DNA of 63,568 nucleotides, the filler included, from Kipferlia bialata (taxonomy: Eukaryota), in NCBI GenBank assembly GCA_003568945.1. It is 4 parts of 4 records of this genome, joined end to end, with 100 filler letters (N's around TTAATTAATTAA, not from the genome) between each part and the next. Parts side by side here need not be neighbours in the genome. Positions count along the whole stretch, not along the records: positions 1 to 24,399 come from BDIP01000229.1; positions 24,500 to 48,851 come from BDIP01000230.1; 2 more parts are not named here. The stretch is one strand, 5' to 3'. Shown in pieces: positions 13,333-34,439 of the stretch; positions within the stretch are counted from its first letter, which is position 1; each line of letters starts with the position of its first letter. The translations under genes were made by a program, and so were the position numbers. The notes below the pieces were generated by a model. That model saw only the letters and a program-made list of their open reading frames with translations, made no database searches and was not told the origin of the DNA.

Positions 13333-16148
13333 CAGAAGTAAATCTCATCGTGACACAGCTCTGAATACAAGGGTGGAGGGAGACATAAATAGAGAGCATA
13401 CTCACCTGGCAACAGGAATGATATTCTGATCAACTCGTGTCCTATCAGCAACACCTGGTCAACAAGGGCAGGGTGGATGGCACGAAGCCTAGAGTAAGGA
13501 CGGAGAAACAGAGAGAGAATACAAATATCCCTTGTAAGGAGCCTCTCAAATGGGCGTAGAAAGAGAGACACATATTGAATACCTTGCGAGTACAAGCACA
13601 CCGGGTGAGTGCATCTCCTCCAGGGACAGAGAGGGTCTCTCTCTCTCTCTCTCACGCATGGGATCAACCTATGGGTAAGAATACGTGCATACACGTCCCC
13701 ACCCACAAACACACACATGTATTCATATGCTAGTATATATGTATTGTGAGTCGCTGATATGATTTGAGGTACCTCATGTGTTTCAGGATGCATGCCTGCT
13801 CTCTCTCTCTCTCTCTCCCTCTCTCTGTCGTATGCGTAGGAAGGGGAGAGCAGGGACGGGATCTCAGCTCTGTCCTGCAGGGTAAGAACATTCAGAGTAA
13901 AGAATATGCACAATGAAAAGTATGTCTACTAGTCCTATAATGAACATGTGCAATACTTATGTAGAACACGTGGTCCATATCTAGTTACGACACCCAGTTA
14001 GTATGTGACTGCTCCTGGGAACTGGACACCAACAGAGTGTACTCTTTCTCTCTCTCATCCCCATATATATATATATATACACATACAGAGTAATGATTGT
14101 ACCTTTCTTGCTACCACACCCAATGAGTATGTGACTGCTCCTGGGAACTGGACACCCACAGAGTACAGGAGCTCAGACACTAGTGAACGGACGCCCCTGA
14201 GATTAGTAAGATATCTGCAATCAAAATATATATACATTATGTAAATGTAAGTATATATACATGTATATGAAACAGAGTACAGGAGCTCAGACACTAGTGA
14301 CCGCACTCCTCTAACTGTTAGCAACTAATATAGTGAATATATATATATACGGATATATACATATACATATATATATATATCAGAGTAGAGGAGCTCAGAG
14401 ACCAGGGACCGGACGCTCCTGAAGTCAGTGGTGTACTTCATTCTCTTTCAGTGTATACACGGTGAATATAGTACAGTATACGAACCTCTTGTCATCGTCG
14501 AGGTGTGCTATGATCTGGGGTATGACGGGTAGCCAAGTGGACTGGGGGAGGGCCCTGGCATTAAGGGTGTACAGAGAGAGAGAGAGAGATCGCAGGAAAA
14601 TGGGGGAGTGCTCTGACATGTGAACTGAGGGAAGGTGTTGAGTGTGTGTGTGAGAGAGAGAGAGAGAGAAAGGAAGTAGGAAGTGGGATAATACCTTATG
14701 CAATCTGCGACGGCGGCAGAGACGCTGTCCCTCTCTCCATAGCCGAACCACACGCCTGGAATAAGGGTCTAGAGGGAGATAGAGAATGAAAGAGCAGTAA
14801 GCGGATCCTTGCAGTTGACGTAAGGGTTTAGAGAGAGAGAGAGAGAGAACCTAGGAGCTGCAAGACAGCAGGTAGTGTGCTGTCACTAGAGGGATCCAAT
14901 AGCAGGGTGTCTCTCAATCCCCTGATGGCTGACCTGGCACGGTGCTCAACAGACCTGGAGTATCAATCGGAGAATCAATCGGCGAATCAATCGGAGACCC
15001 AATATACATAAACAGGCACACTCACTTCATATATATAAATTCAGCAAGATATGTACTTTCCAGTCTCAGCCAGTGTCAATGGGGAAATATATGGAGAGAG
15101 AGAGCATATATAGATGACTCCAGTAATGTAAACATATATGCCTCTCTAATGCTTTCAGCGATGCTCTATACTCTATACATGAAAACATCAACAGGTACAC
15201 ACCTCTCTAGGGCCGTCAGTGATGCTATACTGGGTCTCAGACCAGTGTCAATGGGTGACAGAGGAAGGGCATCAGAGTGGTCACGGCACAAGACATGAGG
15301 GAGATCCTGAGATAAGTGTCTAGGGAGAGAGAGAGAATGAAGGCAGAGAAAGAGAGGAAGGGCATCAGAGTGATCACGACAGAGAACATGCGGAAGATGA
15401 GGTAAGGGTCTATGGAGAGTGTGTCCAACACGGATGATTGTACAATCATAGAGTACCAGCAGAATAGTACCGTATCACCATGTAGATAGATCACTATGGA
15501 ATGTAGTGTATATACATACCTCCTTCAGCAGTGATGAGTGTATGTCCAGCACAGCGGCATCGACAGAGGCATGGGCCCTCTTGACAAAGGCCCAGTCCTG
15601 ACATTAAGGGTGTATAGGGAGAGAGAGAGAGAGAGAGTAAGAGAGAGAGTAAGAGAGGCATGGGCCCTCTTGACAAAGGCCCAGTCCTAACAATAAGGGG
15701 GTAGAGGGAGAGAATGAAGGGTGTAGAGAGAGAGAGAGAGAGAGAATACCTGTGTGAACAGGGCTGCTTCCTGGTACCAGCTGGACAGACGGTCATAGTG
15801 CTTCTAAGAAGGTGAGATGTTCAGTCCATAAAGAATGGCGGAACAATTAACTATACACTATCATAGTGCTTCTGGAGGGTGAGCACGTATCTAACCAGTA
15901 TATATAGGGAGAATAGGAATAATGAAGGAGGAATGCAATGTCTTCCAGTGGGGAGGGGCATATCAATAGTGAAGAGTGCAAGAGCCTCACTGGGAGAAAG
16001 AACACGGCTATCGCGAGGTATAGATATATAACAATTATTGCTCCCACAACAGAGACATATATAGAAAGAAAGAGAGTACCTGGGAGGGATGGAACACTGG
16101 ATTCCGAAGAGGGCCACAGACATCATCAACGAGCTCAACAACACCTGG

Positions 16149-16180
<32 letters not shown>

Positions 16181-17788
16181 TCTACTTGTCAATTGATTAA
16201 TAAACTGATGAATGGGTGATAATTTGTTTGTTCCGTACCCTTAGCGGCAGCCATAGCCTCGTCTGTGATTGATTATTTGATTGATTATTTGATTGATTGA
16301 TTGATTAACAGAGATTGATTCCTTACCTTTAGCGGCTGCCATTGCCTCGTCTGTGTCTCCACACCCTCTCCCCCTGTCCCTCTCCTGCTCTCTCTCTCTC
16401 TCCTTCTCTCTCAGGGAAGGGGAGTATATCTGGTCAGCCTGGGGTAAAAACGTGGATGGAGGGATAAATACTACAGACTACGCCGAGATACACATAAATG
16501 AATGAATACCTCCATGTAAGCATCTTGTTTGTAGTGATACACTGGGTCCTCCTCTGCGGCTGGGGACAGAGACGTGGAGAGAGAGAGAGAGGACGAAGAC
16601 ACAGTCTGCTTGGCGGCATGGGTCGAAGAGTGGCTAGGAAGGGTCATGGGCCTATAGTTAGACACTTAGTAGAGTGAAACACATGAGTATGTACTTGTAT
16701 ATATATGAGAGTGATTGGCAGTATGGGTGGAGGAGTGGCTGGGCAGGGTCATGGGTCTAGTGTAAGGGAGAGAGAGAGAGAAAAATTCAGTCGAAGAGTG
16801 AGCTCGGCCTGTAATGGAACACAACTACATATATGCAAGTGTATTTGTATAGGTAGTCTAACTAATTGAGATATAGTAATATTGTAATATACATATATGT
16901 ACCTGCTGTTCATCATATTAGTGTGCAGCGGCTGTGTCAGCACATTGTACCAACTGGCCAGAATGACTAGCACCCTGGAGACAACAGCACACCTACGGTC
17001 CTGGAGGATAAGGGTGTAGAGGGAGAGAGATAGATGTCAGTGCTGGATGAGTCAGTTGTGGGTCCATGACCTATCTAATGATGTAGACTACTACATGTTA
17101 GAGATTTACAATCACATTAACCAACATCGACTAGTGCCTATAAGTACCTTATCACTTACTGACACCCTGGATGAGTCAGTGGAGGTGGTCCCCACACCAA
17201 CGCCAGTGTCAACACCGTCCTGAGGGGTGAGACATACAAATAGACCAATACAGAGACAGACACATGGAAACCCACATATATATATATGTAGGCTATGTGT
17301 GTTCGATGATACGGACTGTACCTCTCTAAGCCCTGGTAGGGTGCTGATCTTGAGGCATGTAGCAAAGGCCTTCAGCTTATCAAGGGGAGAGGTGGCAGTG
17401 TCCCAGAGAACCTGGGCATTAAGGGTGTAGAGGGAGAGAGAGTATATATAGAGAGGTGGCAGTGTCCCAGAGAACCTGAGTAAGTATGAGGTGGGAGAGA
17501 GGCAGAAGAGAATTGATAGAGAGAGGGGGCAATTATTCTATGAGGTTGCGACGCAGGGAAGGATTGTGTGTGTAGAAATGTGCATTCCTCTGTGACTGCC
17601 AGAGCGAACTCTGGCTCGAGATATGACTATATGTATTACATATATAGTACAGTCTGACATTGTGATGAAGCGAGGGAACATGTATGTATAGAGAATCTGA
17701 AATACCTCTGTGACTGCTATAGCGAACTCTGGCACATCCATGGGGAGGGTGGGGAGGGCCCTAAGAGTGAGAACGGTATAGAGAGAGA

Positions 17789-17829
<41 letters not shown>

Positions 17830-20804
17830 ACTCTGGCACATCCATGGGGAGGGTGGGGAGGGCCCTGGAGTCAGGTATATAAATGAATACTAATCTATAT
17901 ACACAGCGAGAGAGAGAGATTCAGTCAGAGAAGAAGTCCGGCAGAGGCATATGGAAGGTTCCAAACTGTCATTGTACACTAGTAGAGAAAGAAAAGGGGA
18001 GCGGGCGCGTAAGAAAGAGAGACAGAGAGTATGAGAGGGGGGAAGAGGGCAACACCCTACCTGTACCACGAGAGTGCGTTGGACCGTCCAGGTGGAGAGT
18101 CAACAGTCTCTCTGACTCTGGTCTCTCTCTCTCTCTCCCTCTCCCTGTCCACAATCATGATGCGGGTGGGGTTCTCGTCTAGAGTCAGCATTGTATATAT
18201 ATGTATATGATAATGAGTATATATAACTATATGATATGTGAGTTAGTTACTCATATGACACTATAGGATCTATATACACTCTCCCTGTCCACAATCATGA
18301 TGCGGGTGGGGTTGTCATCTGATATGAGGGATATATCGAGAGAAGTTAGGTTAATACTAAGGTATCGCCATAAATAGGAGTTTCACTCATTAGATACAAT
18401 TGGCGATCTATATACCCTCACTGACGTTACCTCTGAAGTCCATATCTGGGAACCTACGGGCAGAGGCAGAACCTGACGTTGGATGACTCCGAAGGAACTG
18501 CTCACGGAATATACGGATACCAATACTACATACATAATATGCAAATCAATAGATGTTACGTCGCATACATAAATGTATACTGAAACTATCGTATACCAGT
18601 GTAACACTATAAGGTTTACCTGGGAAGTCTGGACCGGCAGAGAACATTGAGTAGTCATACCTAGAGTGAGAATGTGGGGTATGGAGAGAGATCGACCAAA
18701 TACTGTGTCACTTAGACACATAATGACAGATGAAGCGAGTGTGTGAAAGTCAGTAAGACAGAGAGAGAGAGAGAGAGAGAATGACTCACATTGGGGGCAT
18801 CATGAGGAGGTCAGACTCTGACCGGGAGCTCCTTCTGACGGCAAGGTCATATCTGGTGTTAAGGGTGTAGGGAGAGAGAGAGAGAGAGAGAGAGCTCCTT
18901 CTGACGGCAAGGTCATATCTGGTGTAAAGGGTCTANNNNNNNNNNNNNNNNNNNNNNNNNNNNNNNNNNNNNNNNNNNNNNNNNNNNNNNNNNNNNNNNN
19001 NNNNNNNNNNNNNNNNNNNNNNNNNNNNNNNNNNNNNNNNNNNNNNNNNNNNNNNNNNNNNNNNNNNNNNNNNNNNNNNNNNNNNNNNNNNNNNNNNNNN
19101 NNNNNNNNNNNNNNNNNNNNNNNNNNNAGAGAGAGAAAGAGAGAGAGAGAGCTCCTTCTGACGGCAAGGTCATATCTGGTGTTAAGGGTCTACAGAGAGA
19201 GAGCGAGAGAGAGAGATAATAATTATGGTAAGGCCACATCGGATACTGAGTGAGGTGAAGAAATAGAGAGCGAGACACTTAAACACGCAATGGAACAAGG
19301 CAAAAGCTTCTTCTTATACTATATATAAATATATATATTATATATAATATAAAGAATATAAATAAAGAAAAAAATATATATATAGAGCTTCTTCTTATAC
19401 TATAATCTCACTGCTAAAACACTAACCTGTCTAGGGGGTTGCTGGACAGACCCATGAGAGAAAGGGTGTAGCGGAGGGCCATCTGGGATTAAGGGTGTAG
19501 ATAGAGATAGAGAGAGAAAAAAGGGTGTAGAGAGGGAGAGAGTGTGTGTGTGTAGCTGAGGGAAACATGGTATAGAAAGAGAGGGAACACAAGAGAAACA
19601 ATGATCCTCTCAAGAATCCCTGTGTTCTGTTTCTCACTAAGCATGCCCTTATTCCCTCCCGAATAATGAACGTATATACATAGGCTAGTGTATCTTACCT
19701 CTGTACTCCCCGATAGTCTGCATATCTCGACATAGCGCAGAATAGTGGGGACGTCCTAGGGTGAGTGAATGGAGAATCAAAGATAGAGAAAGAGGCAACC
19801 AGATATATCAATTCAGTACCTCTTGGAGAGAGAGAGATATATATATATACACTATACCTCTTGTGGCTTCAGGGCCAGTGACCTGACACCCAGGATCTCT
19901 CTCCATACACTGAAATAAGGGGTTAGAGAGAGAGAGAATAACGGATAGAGAAATAGAACAATAATATAGAGAGTAATATGACAATGGTAGGCATCGGCTA
20001 CGATACTACCTGTGCTCTGGCTCTGCTGCTGCTAGCCTGCGTGTCCATGTCTCCCTGGGGGTAAGGGTCCAACTTCACACTGATTATGATATCGTCTGAT
20101 ATATTACATCAATATGCCTTCCTCATGCTTCAATATATATTTGAGTATATGAATATGTATGTAATTAGGAAACATGAATATGGGCATATATACAACTTGT
20201 GCATACCTGGGATAGAACCAGCTTCTATTCGTATATTACTCTACATATATAGCGAATAACATATGCATACCTCAGGTGCTTCTTGTGGGTGTTGCCAAGC
20301 ACAGAGGGGGGAATCTGGGGTGAGATATACAAAGACACATCTGAAAGAGAAATCGATAGTGTATACACTATGTATCATAGTGATCATAATTATTATATCT
20401 ATGTCATAGTAAATATATACTATACAAAGGGGGAATCTGGATGAAGTATATACAGAAAGGAATATCTCTAAGAGTAAAGAATCAATAGTAAATGATGTAA
20501 ATACATACAGTATATATACATATACACTCTCTCTATATATATAGTAGTTGGGATAGTATACATATCAGCATATACCTGCAAGTACAGAATGGTCTCCTCC
20601 AGCTGGCCTAGGCTCTGGGCAGTGACTAGACCAGGGTAGGCCCTGGTATAAAAGGATGAAGAAAACAAAGACCAGGGTAGGCCCTGGTATAAAAGGATGG
20701 AGAAAACAAGAGAGAATAATTGTGACTATATCCGGAGAGAGACAAGTACATGGTACTCTGGGCAGTGACAAGACCAGGGTAGGCCCTGACAATGAGGGGC
20801 TAAG

Positions 20805-20845
<41 letters not shown>

Positions 20846-21362
20846 ATTGAAAGGAGTGACTAGACCAGGAAAATCGCTGAGGGACAATAAGGGGTGACAG
20901 TCATAGGGATGGATGGAGAGAGAAAGAAAGATTTATGCACAGAATATCTCTAATGATCATATGGCTGGTGAAGAGATAGAGGCATCCAGAGGTACCTCCC
21001 ATACAATAGAGAGAAGAAGAGAGAGAGAATGTACCTTCCATAGCTCTCAGAGACCAAAGGAACAAGGACACCGTCAAGAATGGACCTAGAAAGTGAGATA
21101 GATGGTGACAAGGGAATGAATGCAATTGAACCCTCTTGTACTCTTGGGATCACGTATAGTATTTGCCAATGTACCTAGCCTTGTCAATGAGCTTCTTTGC
21201 ATTGACAAAGTCTCTCTTGACCACAGACGCGCTGGCAAGGAGCTGAAGGCCCTGACATTAAGGGTGCGGGAGAGAGAGAGAGAGAGGGAAAGATAGCCAG
21301 AAAGAGATCTTGCTAACAGAGGTACTAGCAAGCAGCCATGGGACCTCCAAGTAATAGTGTGG

Positions 21363-21401
<39 letters not shown>

Positions 21402-23854
21402 TACCTTGAGTGATGTTGTTGGCAGGTGCTGCAGAACCCTCTCATCGGTCAGAAGCTCATGGCGGCCTGGAAATCAGTATATCTGATACTGCAGTATATC
21501 TATAATGGAATATATATGATTGAGTGATTATATATGTTTGAGTATCCCTCTCATCGGTCAGAAGCTCATGGCGGCCTGGTAATCAGATATATATGCGCAT
21601 AGTATGAAGTATATACATGTTGTGTAGAAGCTTCTCATGGCGGCCTGGTTATCAATAAGAACACTATAATAGATACCATAATACAGTCTTGTGTAATAAA
21701 GAAATGATTGACAGCAAAGCCATTTAGTTAAACAGATGAATACAGAAGACACCATATGTATATATACCTGTGAGCACTGCACTCTCTGCCACAGCCAGTG
21801 CATATATATACATTAATATACACATTCATATATATACTATATATATATACATGTATACATCAATAAATCTATATATCTATCTACCTGTGAGCACCGCACT
21901 CTCTGCCACAGCCAGTGCAACCTCAGTCTTGATGGCCTGGGATTAAGGGGCTAGCGAGGACTATAGAGGAATATATATAGAACACTATTGTAGTAACTAT
22001 AAAATCAATATGATACATATACATTAACAGTCTTGATGGCCTGGGATTATGGGAACATAGAGAGGCACTAAGGGGCTAGGGATAGAGTGACTGGGGAATA
22101 TCAACACTTACTATACCTGTAGTTCGGCTCTCTCAAGTCTGCTCTCGGCGAGTCTCTCCCTCTCCCTCTCCCTCTCGCCCCTGTCTCTTCGGCTCCTGGT
22201 CGTCAGAATACATTCCTATTTATTTATCCTTTCATATAACTAACGTAGACCTATATGTACACTACCTTATCACTGTTCCTCCTAGAGACAGAGGGAATCC
22301 GCTTATGCCATGACTGCTGAGACTGTCACACTTGTCCAGGAAGGGCAGGAACTCAGACCACCTGCCAAGCTCAAAGAGACAACGTAACTGGCCCCTTACA
22401 GCAGCTGAGGTAAGAACAAACATTCATATATATGGAAAGATCAGAGAGACAACGTAACTGGCCTCTTACGGCAGCTGATAGTTAGTACCGACCAATATTT
22501 CAATAGATATCAGTGTATATATGTATATTGTTGTCTCATGAATATTCAGCAGACATAATACCCAAACCTGTGACTCTCCCTCCTCTCTGGTGTCTGTCCC
22601 TATCCCTGTCCCTCTCTCTCTCGGTGTCCCTCTCTCTCTGAGATACCCTGATTCGTTAGGATGAGACAAGACCCCATGCTTGCAGAACAATATATGACCA
22701 ATGAATGTGTTATAATACTGAATCAGTATCTTATGATATGATACATATCAGATCCTGATTCCTAGGTGTCGCTTTCAGACACTGTATGCGCTCTATATAT
22801 ACACAGTATGCTGATACCTAGGTGTAGACAGGTCCTCCCTCACATCCAGATGCCCCACACTCAAGGGGACACTACTTCCAAAGGGAGAGCTCTTCTCAAA
22901 GTAAGGTAAGGCCTCCTCCCACTCCTGAGAATCAATCGGAGAATCAATCGGAGAATCAATCGGAGAATCAATCGGAGAACATCGGGTAATATATTATATA
23001 GTATAGTAAATGTACCTCTACAGCAGCTAGCACTCCCCCATCCAGCTTGAACTACTATGTGTCTCTCTCTCTCTACATGACCTATAGTAATAGTTAGTAT
23101 ACGTCCACTCATACCTCCACGGCTGCCAGCACTCCCCCATCCAGCTTGAACTGCTGTGTCTCAGCCAGGTCTTTGCCAAAGAGCTCCTTGGCACGAAGAA
23201 GCAGGCCTGCGATAAGAGATAAACACTCGAGAAAACAGTCTATTAACGAAAAGAGAAAATGAAACAAAAGAGTTCTTGGCTCTCAGGAGGAGGCCTGATA
23301 GGTTAATGATATGCAAGTATATACAATCCTATGAACAGATAAGAATAACACTTGTCCAAAGAGCTCCTTGACCCGCAGGAGAAGATCTGGGTGAGTGCTA
23401 TATACCTACATAGAGTATACAGGTAGTAATGAATAATATATAGTGTAGTGTTTATAACACTTACCCTGTGCTGCCCCGTGGTGTCCCACCCTCCTGTACA
23501 GAGACACCAGGGGGATGACATCCTGGTATGAGCAATGCATGTACACATACGCACAGATTGTGTGTAATTGTATGAGAGGGAGAGACACACACAAGATGGA
23601 TGACATCCTGAGGTGTTAGTGAATATATACATACACATAGAGACGACTATATATACTCTTACCAAAAGGGAATAGCTGCAGAGAGTATGTGTTGCGTACC
23701 TGCGCTGTACTGGTGATGTCCTCACTCTTGACCAGGTCCTCTCTGTGTCTGATGGCCTTGGCATAGGCATGGCACCTTAGTATAAGTTGTCCTGCATACA
23801 ATATATAAAAAGTTACAATATGCACTAGGTGCCTAATAATCTTGGCATCATATA

Positions 23855-23895
<41 letters not shown>

Positions 23896-24285
23896 ACTCT
23901 CTGTGTCTGATGGCCTTGGCATAGGCATGGCACCTAGGTGTTAGTATATCACTGGGAGAACGTATGAATATAGTTTATGACATTCGTTATACCCATAGTA
24001 TGTCCCTAATGGCGTTGACATTGCGTCAAAGAGATTCCATATATTAGACCATATATTTTAGCAATCGAACTCTCTATCTATATATATCACTACCTCGTGG
24101 GGTAGTACCTGGTCTGCCAGTATATGCTTGATGTATCTGTGCTCCGCTACAGTAATCTCTCTCTCTCCCTCTCTCTCTCTCTATATATATACATATATAT
24201 GTACATGTGTGTGTGTGTGTATGTATGTATATACATGTAAATACCTCGTGGCCTGGTCTGCCAGTATGGGCTTGATGTATCAAGA
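6934..24285 (-). CDS. TOR: TOR serine/threonine kinase (PIKK): FAT, FRB, kinase and FATC domains; many exons; N-terminal HEAT region cut off by the contig end
   Basis: Exons encode [72 protein letters not shown] (FRB), [30 protein letters not shown]...[29 protein letters not shown] and the FATC end [22 protein letters not shown]. All are in TOR order. Stop near 6938; ends approximate. Confidence 0.93.
18936..19127. other. Scaffold gap within a TOR intron
   Basis: N run flanked by near-identical copies of an acceptor plus exon start. Confidence 0.95.
22927..22979 (-). repeat. 12-bp minisatellite (GAGAATCAATCG)x4; related copies at ~486-520, ~745-770 and ~14962-14997
   Basis: Read directly; each array abuts an AG that is a real or duplicated acceptor. 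Confidence 0.85.
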
Positions 24286-24347
24286 TGTATATATATACAT
24301 AAATATATACATATACACTTATATATAAGGACGTAGAGTACAAGACT

Positions 24348-24399
<52 letters not shown>

Positions 24400-24499
24400 N
24401 NNNNNNNNNNNNNNNNNNNNNNNNNNNNNNNNNNNNNNNNNNNTTAATTAATTAANNNNNNNNNNNNNNNNNNNNNNNNNNNNNNNNNNNNNNNNNNNN
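24400..24499. other. Artificial contig linker N44-TTAATTAATTAA-N44
   Basis: Exactly 100 nt with a six-frame stop cassette; identical at three places. Confidence 0.97.
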
Positions 24500-25059
24500 T
24501 TCATAAAGTTCATTCATTGAAAACTTCAACAAGAATTCATTCATGAATGAACTTGATGAAGTTTTCACAAGAATTCATTATTTTACTTTGAAGTTTGACA
24601 GTTTGGACAAATTGACTCAAGACACAAACATACACCACTCTATTCACTTTTCTAGGGGGCAAGAGGAATATATACAAGTATGAGGACCACAATCGATTCT
24701 TCAGTAACTCCACGAACTGTTGCTCAGAGCAACTTGCTCTCAATGTGTGTCTACTAGACACTGCCTAGGCAGGAGCATCCACTTGAAACCAGGGGCAGGG
24801 GTCGATAGTATCGACTCGATTCTGTCACAGAAATTAGCGTTGGTGGATTCACACAAGTGTGTTCAATACATGCACTATTTGGGTAAGTAGTGTGTTAATA
24901 CATTCCGCCTATTGGCCCAATAATTGGGTCCCCAACCGTGTTATTGAGCTAGCCCCTTTTGTTCTTTTTGGTGTCTGTGTGGCACAAATTCCACACAAAC
25001 ACCGAACGGCGTGACCAAATCAGAAACTGTCTCTCTATCGATTCTTGCACCAGTGGGCT

Positions 25060-33863
<8,804 letters not shown>

Positions 33864-34439
33864 GGTAGGTCTGGGATGGTGATGAGAGTGTTACAGCTGC
33901 CTTGTATATAACCCTCTCTTCTGCTTCGTGTAGGAGGAGTGGTTGCTTGGCTGCACAAGCCTGTTTTAGGTGGCTCAGATGTCGACCTTGGATTAGCAAG
34001 GTCACTGTGTGGTAGTCACACATCTCACTATCCATCCAGCGGAGTCGAGTAATAGATAATAGATAATAGATAGTCAGATTTGTATCATGACCCTATAATT
34101 GTGTTCAACTCAGCAATTGCAATACAAAGGGCCCTTGGTTTGCAAGAACACATTATGTCAGTAGTGTTGGAGGGTCATCTCTTACATGCCTCTATCACAC
34201 TTAGCACGTCAATTGTGATGCGTACTCGAACGAGTGATACCTAATCTCTGTAAATATGTACACATTGTTGAGCATACGTCACAAAGAAATTTATCAATCT
34301 AGTCGGGCAACTATAATACGCTGTCAGCCAGTGTGAGGGACCAGACTCTGGAATCCTGCTGCCACAGTCACTTGCAGAGCATAGAGGTCTAACCTCTTGC
34401 ACAGGGTCTCTACAATACACAGCACCTTGCACATAGTCC

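Noticed and set aside
9430..19510. U12-type introns (CCTTAAC-like branch point) or telomere-like TAAGGG seeds
   Set aside because: Donors are GTAT, GTAG or GTGA, not GTATCCTT or ATATCCTT. The motif occurs singly at a fixed position near acceptors, not in tandem arrays.
78..24343. Many short ORFs rich in YI, SL, ER or CV dipeptides
   Set aside because: They are translations of intronic (TA)n, (TC)n and (CA)n microsatellites or antisense shadows of real exons.
24500..24582. Short interleaved inverted repeats at the contig start (AAGTTCATTCAT/ATGAATGAACTT; TGAAAACTTCA/TGAAGTTTTCA)
   Set aside because: AT-rich, at a contig edge and with no partner end or coding context, so it cannot be supported as an element.
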